NCBI GenBank assembly: GCA_964654155.1
Contig: CAZZGL010000003.1
Coordinates: forward strand, 1 to 56,009
From: an uncultured Staphylococcaceae bacterium
Lineage (GTDB): Bacteria > Bacillota_I > Bacilli_A > RFN20 > CAG-826
DNA length: 56,009 nucleotides
Reading direction: 5' to 3'
The notes beneath the pieces were generated by a model. The model saw only the letters and a list, made by a program, of their open reading frames with translations, was not told where the DNA came from and searched no databases. How positions within the stretch are numbered: position 1 is the stretch's first letter; every line of letters begins with the position of its first letter. A program made the translations under genes and the position numbers. Positions 1 to 7,957 of this stretch are shown here, piece after piece.

Positions 1-2
1 TT

Positions 3-74
3 ATAGATAGAATTAAGCCTGATTCAACGGAAGCAGAATTAGAAATGCTTTTACCATGGAAAATCAAGCTATAG
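3..74 (+). CDS. 3' end of an ORF cut by the window edge; tail resembles the C-terminus of IS66-family transposases
   Basis: Frame 3 reads IDRIKPDSTEAELEMLLPWKIKL, then TAG at 72-74. The 'LLPW' tail is recalled from the IS66 C-terminal domain. Only 23 codons are visible. Confidence 0.3.
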   Translation: MDRIKPDSTEAELEMLLPWKIKL

Positions 75-143
75 TTTTCGCATGGATATTTTTGACGATT
101 ACTTTACAAATCTAACGTTTGAACTTCAAATCTTCAAAAAAGC

Positions 144-173
144 AAAAAAAAGAACCGATTTATCCATCAGTTC
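144..173 (-). terminator. Rho-independent terminator of the tRNA operon
   Basis: Minus strand reads GAACTGAT-GGATAA-ATCGGTTC (8 bp stem, one G.U) followed by T8, just downstream of tRNA-Pro. Confidence 0.65.
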
Positions 174-186
174 ACTTATTTTATAA

Positions 187-263
187 TGGTCGGGAAAACA
201 GGATTTGAACCTGCGACCCCCTGTTCCCAAAACAGGTGCACTACCAAGCTGTGCTATTTCCCG
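187..263 (-). tRNA. tRNA-Pro (anticodon UGG), CCA encoded
   Basis: Reverse complement is CGGGAAATAGCACAGCTTGGTAGTGCACCTGTTTTGGGAACAGGGGGTCGCAGGTTCAAATCCTGTTTTCCCGACCA. It folds as a cloverleaf with anticodon loop TTTGGGA. Confidence 0.92.
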
Positions 264-267
264 TTAA

Positions 268-344
268 TGGCGCGCTCAGCAAGAATCGAACTCGCAACCT
301 TTAGATTCGTAGTCTAACACTCTATCCAGTTGAGCTATGAGCGC
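268..344 (-). tRNA. tRNA-Arg (anticodon ACG), CCA encoded
   Basis: Reverse complement is GCGCTCATAGCTCAACTGGATAGAGTGTTAGACTACGAATCTAAAGGTTGCGAGTTCGATTCTTGCTGAGCGCGCCA. Anticodon loop is CTACGAA. Confidence 0.92.
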
Positions 345-398
345 GTGCTATAATACTATAGCATAATTTCTACGAATTTCAAGTACTTTTTTAAAAAA

Positions 399-472
399 TG
401 GAGGTTCCTGTCAGAGTCGAACTGACGCTCATTGAGTTGCAGTCAATTGCCTTACCACTTGGCTAAGGAACC
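399..472 (-). tRNA. tRNA-Cys (anticodon GCA), CCA encoded
   Basis: Reverse complement is GGTTCCTTAGCCAAGTGGTAAGGCAATTGACTGCAACTCAATGAGCGTCAGTTCGACTCTGACAGGAACCTCCA. Anticodon loop is CTGCAAC and the D stem is short. Confidence 0.9.
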
Positions 473-495
473 ATCCCTTGCTAAACAGCACTAAT

Positions 496-524
496 ATAGT
501 ATCATAACAAAGAGTCATTATCAA
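496..524 (-). promoter_or_regulatory. Putative sigma-A promoter of the tRNA-Cys/Arg/Pro operon
   Basis: Minus strand reads TTGATA (519-524), 17 nt spacer, TACTAT (496-501), about 25 nt upstream of the tRNA-Cys 5' end. Confidence 0.35.
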
Positions 525-669
525 TAATAATTTTATGTTTTTTCTTCTAAAAACATACTTGTTTTCAATAAAAAAGGAAGCTATTTGTGCTTAATCACTC
601 AAATCTTTCTAATTATTTTTTAGTCCAACTTTTATAAGTTAAGAACAATCCTTCCTTTTTTTATTTAAA

Positions 670-2406
670 CTATAATTTAGCCAAACGGCGTTTATTTCTT
701 GAAGATTTACGTTTTTTAATAAAATTATAAACAGTGCCTACAATCACAATTACTCCAATTGAAATTAAAAATGCATAATAAGGAGTCATATTTGTATACG
801 CTCTTAATTGCCCCCACATAATAACAACATCATCATTTGCAGATTCAAAATCATTCATAATTGCGCATCTCGCCAATGTATCTTGATCAGGATATTGGGT
901 TAAAAGTCGATTTTTACAATCCGCATATGGATAAATAATTGCGTTTCGACTTTCTTGCATATTACCTTTAAACAAGAAAGAGACATCTACCGGATCTCCT
1001 AAATCCAATTCTTCTTCATCAACTTCCATCCAAACAGTTTCATCTAGTGGCGATACGCCTTCTACTTCACTAGGTTCATATTTGTTTTCTTGCAAAATAC
1101 ATGTATAAAATTTGTCATTATAACGGACATAGCTTCCTTCAACTTCTTCAGTTTTACCATCTTCTTTTGAAATATAAGGCCCATAATATGTTGTTGCTTC
1201 ATTATAATCAGCAATTCCATACCAAGAAGAAATCATATCAAAGATTTCATCACTAGCAATAAAAGAAGTATATCCTATATATTCCATGTTAATCGCAGCA
1301 TTTTCTGGGTTTGAAATGTAATCAATAAAAGCGCACGCTAATTCACGATTGCTGCCTTTAGGTAATACCCAGCCATCATACCAAACATTTCCTCCATCTT
1401 CAGGAACGTAGTATTCTAATGTTTTACCAACATTACTTCCTTCTTCAATTGAGTAAACAGCATCGCCAGACCAAGCAAGGTTCATTTTAATTTTTCCGGT
1501 AATAATATCATTTTTTCCAGAATCAACTTCAAAACCAAAAATATTCTTCTTTAAAGAGATTAATTCTTGCTTTACTATTTCTAAAACTCCACTATGATTT
1601 TCACTTGTTATTACTAAATCAAATAAATTTTGAATAATATCATTATACTCTTTTCGTATAATAACTTTTTCTTCTTCACTTGATGCCGCTTCTAAAGAAG
1701 ATAGATACTTTTCTCTAGCTGGTGTCAATATATCTTCTAAATTCGTTATGTTAGAACCTTTATGCGCGTGCATTAATCCAACCACAAAAGTATCTCTCAT
1801 TGAATTCTTTATCGAAATTAAATTTTCATATTTAGAATCCCAAAAAATATCCCATGATTTAACATCTTCTCTTATCGTATCAAAACAATATGGATCATAA
1901 ATAATTCCTAATGTTCCCCACATATAACCCGCTACATAATTATCTAATGATGAATCTTTAATTCCATCACCATCGGTATCTGCATACATATTAGCTAATT
2001 TAGAACGCACTTCTTTTGATGCGTATTTATCATATACTGGTACTTCTTCTTTTATATTAAGAGGTTCTACTAGATTTTCTCTTATCATTCTTTGAAGCAT
2101 ATAATCAGAAGTACATATTAAATCATATGTTCCTTCAGGTTGCAAAGTAAATTGATTATACATAGTTTCGTTTGTGTCATATGTAAAATAATCAACTTTG
2201 CAATTATATTCTCTTTCAAATGATTTAATAAGAGTTTCATCAATGTAATCAGCACAATTATAAATAACTAAATTGCGTTCGTTTGTTTTAGCTCTTTTTA
2301 CAATTTTTTCTTGTCTTTGATTTTCAAAAGATGGATTACTATTCAAAATAGATATTATTCCACCTAGAAGAATAATTGTTGATAAAGGTATAAATAACTT
2401 TTTCAT
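670..2406 (-). CDS. potD: Spermidine/putrescine ABC transporter substrate-binding protein, enlarged, with TM segments at both ends
   Basis: PotD-like N-terminal region (NLVIYNCADYIDETLIKSFEREYNCKVDYFTYDTNETMYNQF). It is the last gene of a potABCD-ordered operon. The ATG at 2406 lies 9 nt after AGAGGTG. The C-terminus has a hydrophobic helix plus a KKRKSSRNKRR tail. Confidence 0.75.
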   Translation of the reverse strand: MKKLFIPLSTIILLGGIISILNSNPSFENQRQEKIVKRAKTNERNLVIYNCADYIDETLIKSFEREYNCKVDYFTYDTNETMYNQFTLQPEGTYDLICTSDYMLQRMIRENLVEPLNIKEEVPVYDKYASKEVRSKLANMYADTDGDGIKDSSLDNYVAGYMWGTLGIIYDPYCFDTIREDVKSWDIFWDSKYENLISIKNSMRDTFVVGLMHAHKGSNITNLEDILTPAREKYLSSLEAASSEEEKVIIRKEYNDIIQNLFDLVITSENHSGVLEIVKQELISLKKNIFGFEVDSGKNDIITGKIKMNLAWSGDAVYSIEEGSNVGKTLEYYVPEDGGNVWYDGWVLPKGSNRELACAFIDYISNPENAAINMEYIGYTSFIASDEIFDMISSWYGIADYNEATTYYGPYISKEDGKTEEVEGSYVRYNDKFYTCILQENKYEPSEVEGVSPLDETVWMEVDEEELDLGDPVDVSFLFKGNMQESRNAIIYPYADCKNRLLTQYPDQDTLARCAIMNDFESANDDVVIMWGQLRAYTNMTPYYAFLISIGVIVIVGTVYNFIKKRKSSRNKRRLAKL

Positions 2407-2407
2407 C

Positions 2408-3499
2408 TTAATTAACACCTCTTCTCTTTTTTACAATTTGTTTAGCTTTCTTATTGTTATATATCGTACTTCCAACACTAACAATTAAAACCGCTAGAAA
2501 AATAATTGTTGTTAAAGCTCTAACTTCAGGTGGAATTGGATGTTTAGCAATTATCTTTTGAATATATGTAGAAATAGTTTCAAATGATGGCTTCTTTAAA
2601 TATTGAGTAATAACAAAATCATCTAATGATAAAGTAAAGGAAATCATAAACCCTGATAAAATGCCTGGAATAATTTCCGGAAGAATAACTTTATACATTG
2701 CAAAGCGAGGTCTTGCACCTAAATCTAAAGCCGCTTCATAAACAAATGGGTCCATTTGTAATAAACGGGGCTTAACATTTAAATAAACATAAGCAACAGT
2801 CAAAACAACATGTCCTATTAACAAAGTAAAAAATGAAAACTTCCATGACAAACTAACCGCTAAAACCGCCAAGGAAAGTGCAATAACGATTTCCGCATTA
2901 ACAATCGGTAACTGATTCGCGGTATCTATCATCTTTCGAACTTTTTTTGATGAATAAAAACTGCCAACCGCTCCTAAAGTACCAAGAATTGTCGATACAA
3001 TTGCACTAACAACAGCAATTAATAAAGTATTCCAAACCGCCTTCATCAATTCTTTATTGTTAACTAAATCAACATATAATTGGAATGAAAATCCTGACCA
3101 TATTCCAACTTGATCACTAGTTGTAAATGAAAAGCAAACAAGAAGTAAAATTGGTAAATACATAAGTAATAGAAAGAACCAAATAAATCCCTTTCCAAAC
3201 CAGATGTAGCGTTTATTTTTCTTTTCTTCTTTTGAAAGTACATAATAAGGTTTTTCAACATAACTTAGTTCATCTTGATACTTTATCCTTAAATTCGCAT
3301 TTAATAAAACAAAGAATAATGAGATTAAAAAACAAACAAAAATAGTTGATATAATAATCAAAAATGTACTCATATTTGCTTTAAGGCATAATTTAATAAG
3401 CAAAATAGAAATTAATACATCAAAAAATAATGCAGAAATGACTGATATTAATTTATTCTTTGCTAAAAATACACCAATAGAATTTTTAATATTCGCCAT
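2408..3499 (-). CDS. potC: Spermidine/putrescine ABC permease with a ~100-aa N-terminal extension (two extra TM helices)
   Basis: BPD-transport permease core (EAALDLGARPRFAMYKVILPEIIPGI). Strong SD (AAGGAGG) lies before the ATG at 3499. Position in the operon supports the call. Confidence 0.8.
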   Translation of the reverse strand: MANIKNSIGVFLAKNKLISVISALFFDVLISILLIKLCLKANMSTFLIIISTIFVCFLISLFFVLLNANLRIKYQDELSYVEKPYYVLSKEEKKNKRYIWFGKGFIWFFLLLMYLPILLLVCFSFTTSDQVGIWSGFSFQLYVDLVNNKELMKAVWNTLLIAVVSAIVSTILGTLGAVGSFYSSKKVRKMIDTANQLPIVNAEIVIALSLAVLAVSLSWKFSFFTLLIGHVVLTVAYVYLNVKPRLLQMDPFVYEAALDLGARPRFAMYKVILPEIIPGILSGFMISFTLSLDDFVITQYLKKPSFETISTYIQKIIAKHPIPPEVRALTTIIFLAVLIVSVGSTIYNNKKAKQIVKKRRGVN

Positions 3500-3547
3500 A
3501 ATTCATTACCTCCTTATCTAAAAGTATGGTAATGAAGGATCCAATAC

Positions 3548-4345
3548 TTACCATATTGACTCCTTTCCCTCGTCATCTTTTGAAAATTTACGAGAAATAG
3601 CCACGCTTAATAAAATTAATAAAAGCATAATTAATGCCATAAATGAACCAAAATTCCAATCGGATTGATTAAAATATAGGTCTATATAACTACCAAATAA
3701 AACCACATTATATTCAGAAAGTATATCAGAAATAACGTATGAAGAGATAGTTGGCATAAATACCATTGTCGCACCGGAAATAATTCCAGGCATAGTCATT
3801 GGAATAATAACTTTAATGAATGTTTGAAATGGATTTGCCCCTAAATCTTTTGAAGCTTCAATTTGACTTCGATCCATTTTTAACATTGTTGTATATAAAG
3901 GCAAAATTGTAAAAGGTAAATAGTTATAAACTAATCCAATAATCGTAGCAACCTCTGGATGAGCGCCACCAGAAAGACCAATCCAGTTTAATAAATCACG
4001 CGTTGCTCCAGTGCGAATAACAAAGTTTATCCACATTGGCATAATAAATAAAGTTAGCATAACTGCAGATTTATTAATTCTTTTATCAGCAAGAAAATAC
4101 GCGATTGGATAGCCAATTAACAAACATAAAAAAGTATTAATAATTCCATAAGTTAAAGATATTGCTAAAACCGCTAAATTTGTTGAATCAGAAACAAATT
4201 TCACCAAGTTATTAAAGCTAAGATGTCCTGTAACTTTATCTGTAAAAGCATAATAAACAATTAAAAATAAAGGTGTGATTACAAAAAGAAGGAAAAATAA
4301 AATATACGGTAACGATAAATATTTCCGTTGAAATCTAAACTTCAT
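3548..4345 (-). CDS. potB: Spermidine/putrescine ABC permease
   Basis: Carries the EAA-loop motif EASKDLGANPFQTFIKVIIPMTMPGI and six hydrophobic segments. Its start overlaps the potA stop. Confidence 0.8.
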   Translation of the reverse strand: MKFRFQRKYLSLPYILFFLLFVITPLFLIVYYAFTDKVTGHLSFNNLVKFVSDSTNLAVLAISLTYGIINTFLCLLIGYPIAYFLADKRINKSAVMLTLFIMPMWINFVIRTGATRDLLNWIGLSGGAHPEVATIIGLVYNYLPFTILPLYTTMLKMDRSQIEASKDLGANPFQTFIKVIIPMTMPGIISGATMVFMPTISSYVISDILSEYNVVLFGSYIDLYFNQSDWNFGSFMALIMLLLILLSVAISRKFSKDDEGKESIW

Positions 4346-5846
4346 AACGGCTTATATCCCCTTTTAATTTAATTTTCATTTTTGATGAATCAACTTTAAT
4401 ACTAACTCTATCAAACTCATTCCATGTCCATTCTGTATCGACAACAAAATCATCATCCTCTTCAGTACGAACAACCAATTGATAATGGTCACCTTTATAA
4501 ACCATTTCAATAATTTCTCCAGTAATATTTCCTTCTTCTAAGTTATCGCTAATTTCAATCGATGCCATATCAATTTCAATTGTAACATCAGCATCTGTCA
4601 AATCATATTTTTGACCTTTTTTATCCACTAAATAACCTTCTTCATCTACATATGAATCTGGTACTAACGAAGTGACATCGCATTCCCAGGTTGCTTCTGC
4701 AAAACAAACTTCATTGAATTTATTAATGTATCCTTCAAAAACATTAGATGAAATAGCTCTCTTCATGATATGAATTAAATCAGGTTCAATACTTAATCCA
4801 ACTTCAATACCAACAGGATAATGTTCGGTCGATTGAGCAAGAACTTCATTTTTTCCAACCATAATAACATATTGATAATGCATTCCCTTAAAAACACAGT
4901 TTGTTATTTTGCCATTAACAATTCCTTGATTAGAAGGTAAAAGTTTAACATCTTCAGGTCTTACGACAACATCAACTTTTTCATGAAGAGGGAAATTATC
5001 AACACAATCCCATACTTTACCTAAAAAACGAACCTTGTTGATTCCAAACATCGCGCCAACATAAATATTAGATTCGCCAATAAAATCAGCAACAAAGGCA
5101 TTCGCAGGCTCATTATATATTCCTTCAGGTGTTCCTATTTGTTGAATTTGTCCATCTTTCATAATTACGATGGTATCCGACATTGTTAGAGCTTCTTCTT
5201 GATCATGAGTAACATAAATAAAAGTGATACCTAATTTACGATGCATCTCTTTTAATTCAATTTGCATTTCTTTTCTCATTTTTAAATCTAATGCCCCTAA
5301 TGGTTCGTCTAAAAGAAGAATCTCAGGTTCATTCACAATTGCTCTTGCAATAGCAACACGTTGTTGTTGACCTCCAGAAAGAGTGGAAATATCACGAGAT
5401 TCAAATTGTTCCAAATCAACAATTCTTAACGCTCTTACAACCTTTTCATCTATTTCTTGTTGAGTTAAATGAACCCATTTTTCACGTTCATTACCTCTTC
5501 TATCTTTAACAATCTTTTTTACTTTTTTTAATTTAAGACCAAAAGCAACATTATCATAGACATCAAGATGTGGAAATAAAGCATATCTTTGGAAGACTGT
5601 ATTAACTGGTCTTTTGTATGGAGGAAGATTAGTAATATCTTGTCCATTCAATAAAATTTTTCCTTTTGTAGGTAGCTCAAAACCTGCGATCATCCTTAAA
5701 GTAGTAGTTTTACCACATCCAGAAGGTCCTAAGAATGTCACAAACTCGCCTTTTTTTACATACAAATTGAAGTTTTCAACCGCAGAAAAATCTTCATACT
5801 CTTTATTAACTCCAATAAGCTCAATAATAACATTTTCTTTTTTCAT
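4335..5846 (-). CDS. potA: Spermidine/putrescine ABC ATP-binding protein, long form with an NBD insertion and duplicated C-terminal TOBE-like region
   Basis: Walker A GPSGCGKTT, signature LSGGQQQRVAIARA, Walker B LLLDEPLGALD. The second ATG (5846) has better spacing to the GGGG SD than the ATG at 5852. Confidence 0.85.
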   Translation of the reverse strand: MKKENVIIELIGVNKEYEDFSAVENFNLYVKKGEFVTFLGPSGCGKTTTLRMIAGFELPTKGKILLNGQDITNLPPYKRPVNTVFQRYALFPHLDVYDNVAFGLKLKKVKKIVKDRRGNEREKWVHLTQQEIDEKVVRALRIVDLEQFESRDISTLSGGQQQRVAIARAIVNEPEILLLDEPLGALDLKMRKEMQIELKEMHRKLGITFIYVTHDQEEALTMSDTIVIMKDGQIQQIGTPEGIYNEPANAFVADFIGESNIYVGAMFGINKVRFLGKVWDCVDNFPLHEKVDVVVRPEDVKLLPSNQGIVNGKITNCVFKGMHYQYVIMVGKNEVLAQSTEHYPVGIEVGLSIEPDLIHIMKRAISSNVFEGYINKFNEVCFAEATWECDVTSLVPDSYVDEEGYLVDKKGQKYDLTDADVTIEIDMASIEISDNLEEGNITGEIIEMVYKGDHYQLVVRTEEDDDFVVDTEWTWNEFDRVSIKVDSSKMKIKLKGDISRYEV

Positions 5847-6127
5847 AACCATTACCCCACTTTATGATAGATTTGTGACTTTGTTTTTTAAACAAAGAAT
5901 TTCCTATTCTAAACCCATTAAAAATGATAGAAATAAGGTCTCTTTTTCACGAGAAAATATTAAAGAAAAAGATAACAAAAATCAACACTTTTTTTAAAAA
6001 AAATATTTATCGATTTTTTTATAGTTTTTTTCAATGTTTTAAAAATTAAAAAAAAGTCCGATGACAAAAGACTTTTTTGCATTTTTTAACAACCATTTTT
6101 TATCGAAATATTTACAATTTTTTTTAG

Positions 6128-6156
6128 TTGTGATTTTTCCTTATTTTTGTTACAAT
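6128..6156 (+). promoter_or_regulatory. Putative sigma-A promoter for the 6184 lipoprotein gene
   Basis: TTGTGA, 17 nt spacer, TACAAT preceded by TGt (extended -10), 28 nt upstream of the ATG. Confidence 0.4.
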
Positions 6157-6183
6157 ATTTTAAACAAAAAAGGAGTGAAAAAA

Positions 6184-7122
6184 ATGAAACTAAAATGTAA
6201 GCTTTTTTTCATAAGTATACTTTGTTTATCCCTATTCACTTCATGCAATAAAAGTAAATCAACTAAAGCTATTATTGAAAGAGAAGAAGGAATACAAACT
6301 GTAATTACAATAGACTCCTCAACATTCAAAGAAAAATTAAGTAATACGCAAAGCTTCATCTTATTTTTCTATCAAGAAACATGCTTATGTTCAAAAAAAT
6401 CTAGAAAACTTTTAAATAATATCGTTAGTAAAAAGCAAATTAGAATTTATGAAATTAATCAAGAAGATTTTGAAAAGAATTTTACAAAAGACTTTGTTTA
6501 TGAACTTGAAGAAATGGCATATGGATATCCTAAATTAACAATCTTTAATAATGGATACGATAAAAAAACATGTCAAACAATTAATATTGATAAACATTTC
6601 GGAAATGAAATTGATGCTCCAAACAACGAAGAGAGTATCAATACAGTTTTAGATTATATCGAAAAATATGCCTTTCTAAACTCACCTTTTTTTGAAGAGA
6701 CAGATGAAAGCATAAAAGAAAAAATTAACAATAAAGAATCATTTTATTTGTATTTTAAGAGAAACAGTTGCTCTGATTGTAAAAAATTCAATTCTTTATT
6801 TTTAGATAAATGGATTATTAATAATAAAAATAACTACATCATATATACGATTGATGTTGATTTATATATGGATTCTGATCCAATTAAAAACGACTATGGA
6901 TTTGAAAGAGTTCCAACTATTCAAAAGTATCAAAATGGTTCTTTAGTGGATATGGCAGTTATTTATAATGATGAATTCGAAGAAACAGAAGACAATAAAT
7001 ATAAAGTTATTGATGGCGGTTATTATGATGAATTTATCGGACAAATATTCGCCGACTATACCGATTATTATGAATCTGTAACGGATTTTTATATAACTAA
7101 GTTCTTAGAAATATTAAAGTAG
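6184..7122 (+). CDS. Lipoprotein with two thioredoxin-fold-like halves (CxC and CxxC motifs)
   Basis: SD AAAGGAG precedes the ATG at 6184. Signal peptide plus lipobox: MKLKCKLFFISILCLSLFTSC. Motifs FYQETCLCSKK and FKRNSCSDCKKF are each followed by a 'VPT/YP' cis-Pro-like region. Confidence 0.55.
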   Translation: MKLKCKLFFISILCLSLFTSCNKSKSTKAIIEREEGIQTVITIDSSTFKEKLSNTQSFILFFYQETCLCSKKSRKLLNNIVSKKQIRIYEINQEDFEKNFTKDFVYELEEMAYGYPKLTIFNNGYDKKTCQTINIDKHFGNEIDAPNNEESINTVLDYIEKYAFLNSPFFEETDESIKEKINNKESFYLYFKRNSCSDCKKFNSLFLDKWIINNKNNYIIYTIDVDLYMDSDPIKNDYGFERVPTIQKYQNGSLVDMAVIYNDEFEETEDNKYKVIDGGYYDEFIGQIFADYTDYYESVTDFYITKFLEILK

Positions 7123-7144
7123 ACCCGGTTCGAGTCTACTTTTT
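7119..7144 (+). terminator. Rho-independent terminator shared by the convergent genes
   Basis: GTAGAC-CCGGTTCGA-GTCTAC followed by T5. It overlaps the stop codons of both flanking genes. Confidence 0.6.
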
Positions 7145-7853
7145 ATTTATAATTAATTAATACATACTTGATTAATGCATTTGATAATGACTTAGCAATT
7201 TCATAATGATTATTAGCAATAAATGTCGCTTCTTTTACATTATCATGAAATAATATTTCAATTAAGGCAACATTTGTAGCATTAATCGATTTAACTTCAT
7301 GCAAATGATTCCCATTTTTTACACCTCTTTTTACTAAGTTAAAATCATTTACAAAGCCATCATATAAATCATTTGCAAATTGATAATCGCCCTTTGTAAA
7401 CACTTCACAGCCTTCTCCTCCTCCGGCATTGGAATGAAAAGCAAGATGAATATCTCTCTTTTTAGAATTACTCTCTTTAATAGAGTTATCTAAAGATAAT
7501 CCTTTTTCATTTAAATTACCTTCAACTTCTAAAAATGAATAATCTGATAATATATTAAACATTTCTCGAGCAATCTTTAACATATGCTCTGCTTCATTTC
7601 CTAAATCATTTGCGTATAAATTCCATGTTTGAACTGAAGGATTAAGATATACAGAAACCTTATTACTAAGCTCAATATCTTCTTTATTTATGAATCCTAA
7701 TTCTTTATCATTTACAATATCACTATAAATAATTGGCGAAAATATTGCTTTGCTTTTATATCGATTGATAGATGATGAACTCAAAAATAACACATAAATA
7801 AAAATTGATATTTTAACTATTAATGTTTTAACTTTTACATTGCATAATTTCAT
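7143..7853 (-). CDS. N-acetylmuramoyl-L-alanine amidase (Amidase_3 family), N-terminal membrane anchor
   Basis: Motifs IHLAFHSNAGGGEGCEVF and ALIEILFHDN are typical of Amidase_3. N-terminal hydrophobic segment present. SD GGGAGG. Size (236 aa) is like CwlD-type enzymes. Confidence 0.65.
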   Translation of the reverse strand: MKLCNVKVKTLIVKISIFIYVLFLSSSSINRYKSKAIFSPIIYSDIVNDKELGFINKEDIELSNKVSVYLNPSVQTWNLYANDLGNEAEHMLKIAREMFNILSDYSFLEVEGNLNEKGLSLDNSIKESNSKKRDIHLAFHSNAGGGEGCEVFTKGDYQFANDLYDGFVNDFNLVKRGVKNGNHLHEVKSINATNVALIEILFHDNVKEATFIANNHYEIAKSLSNALIKYVLINYK

Positions 7854-7918
7854 ATAATACCTCCCATTTTATTTATAAAAAGTATAACAGAACATTATTT
7901 ATTTTTAATATTTTGCCA

Positions 7919-7952
7919 TAAAAAGGAAAAGGCATCACTCAATGTGATGCCT
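7919..7952 (-). terminator. Rho-independent terminator of the collagen-like gene
   Basis: Minus strand reads AGGCATCAC-ATTGA-GTGATGCCT (9 bp) followed by TTTCCTTTTT. Confidence 0.75.
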
Positions 7953-7957
7953 ATTTG

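Noticed and set aside
5614-5997. 127-aa plus-strand ORF overlapping the 5' end of potA. Similar antisense track ORFs occur at 3064-3261, 6150-6359, 8364-8615, 10916-11101, 11177-11371, 13356-13779, 20233-20427, 21794-22009, 23069-23341, 27355-27597, 28851-29036, 31975-32205, 33296-33804, 35163-35381, 37432-37749, 45094-45291, 46185-46424, 48023-48346, 50822-51049, 52411-52626, 53157-53369 and 53822-54025.
   Set aside because: Each lies inside, or antisense to, a longer ORF with clear family motifs. They have low-complexity or hydrophobic translations typical of AT-rich antisense frames, and none has a convincing SD.
6049-6085. Hairpin AAAAAGTC-N9-GACTTTTTT in the potA/lipoprotein divergent intergenic region, which looked like a terminator
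   Set aside because: The stem is almost entirely A-T, and it lies between two divergently transcribed genes where no transcript needs terminating. It is most likely chance symmetry in poly-A/T DNA.
6061-6183. N-terminal extension of the 6061-7122 track ORF (MTKDFFAFF...)
   Set aside because: The internal ATG at 6184 has an SD (AAAGGAG) and starts a canonical lipoprotein signal peptide. The extension also overlaps the predicted promoter.
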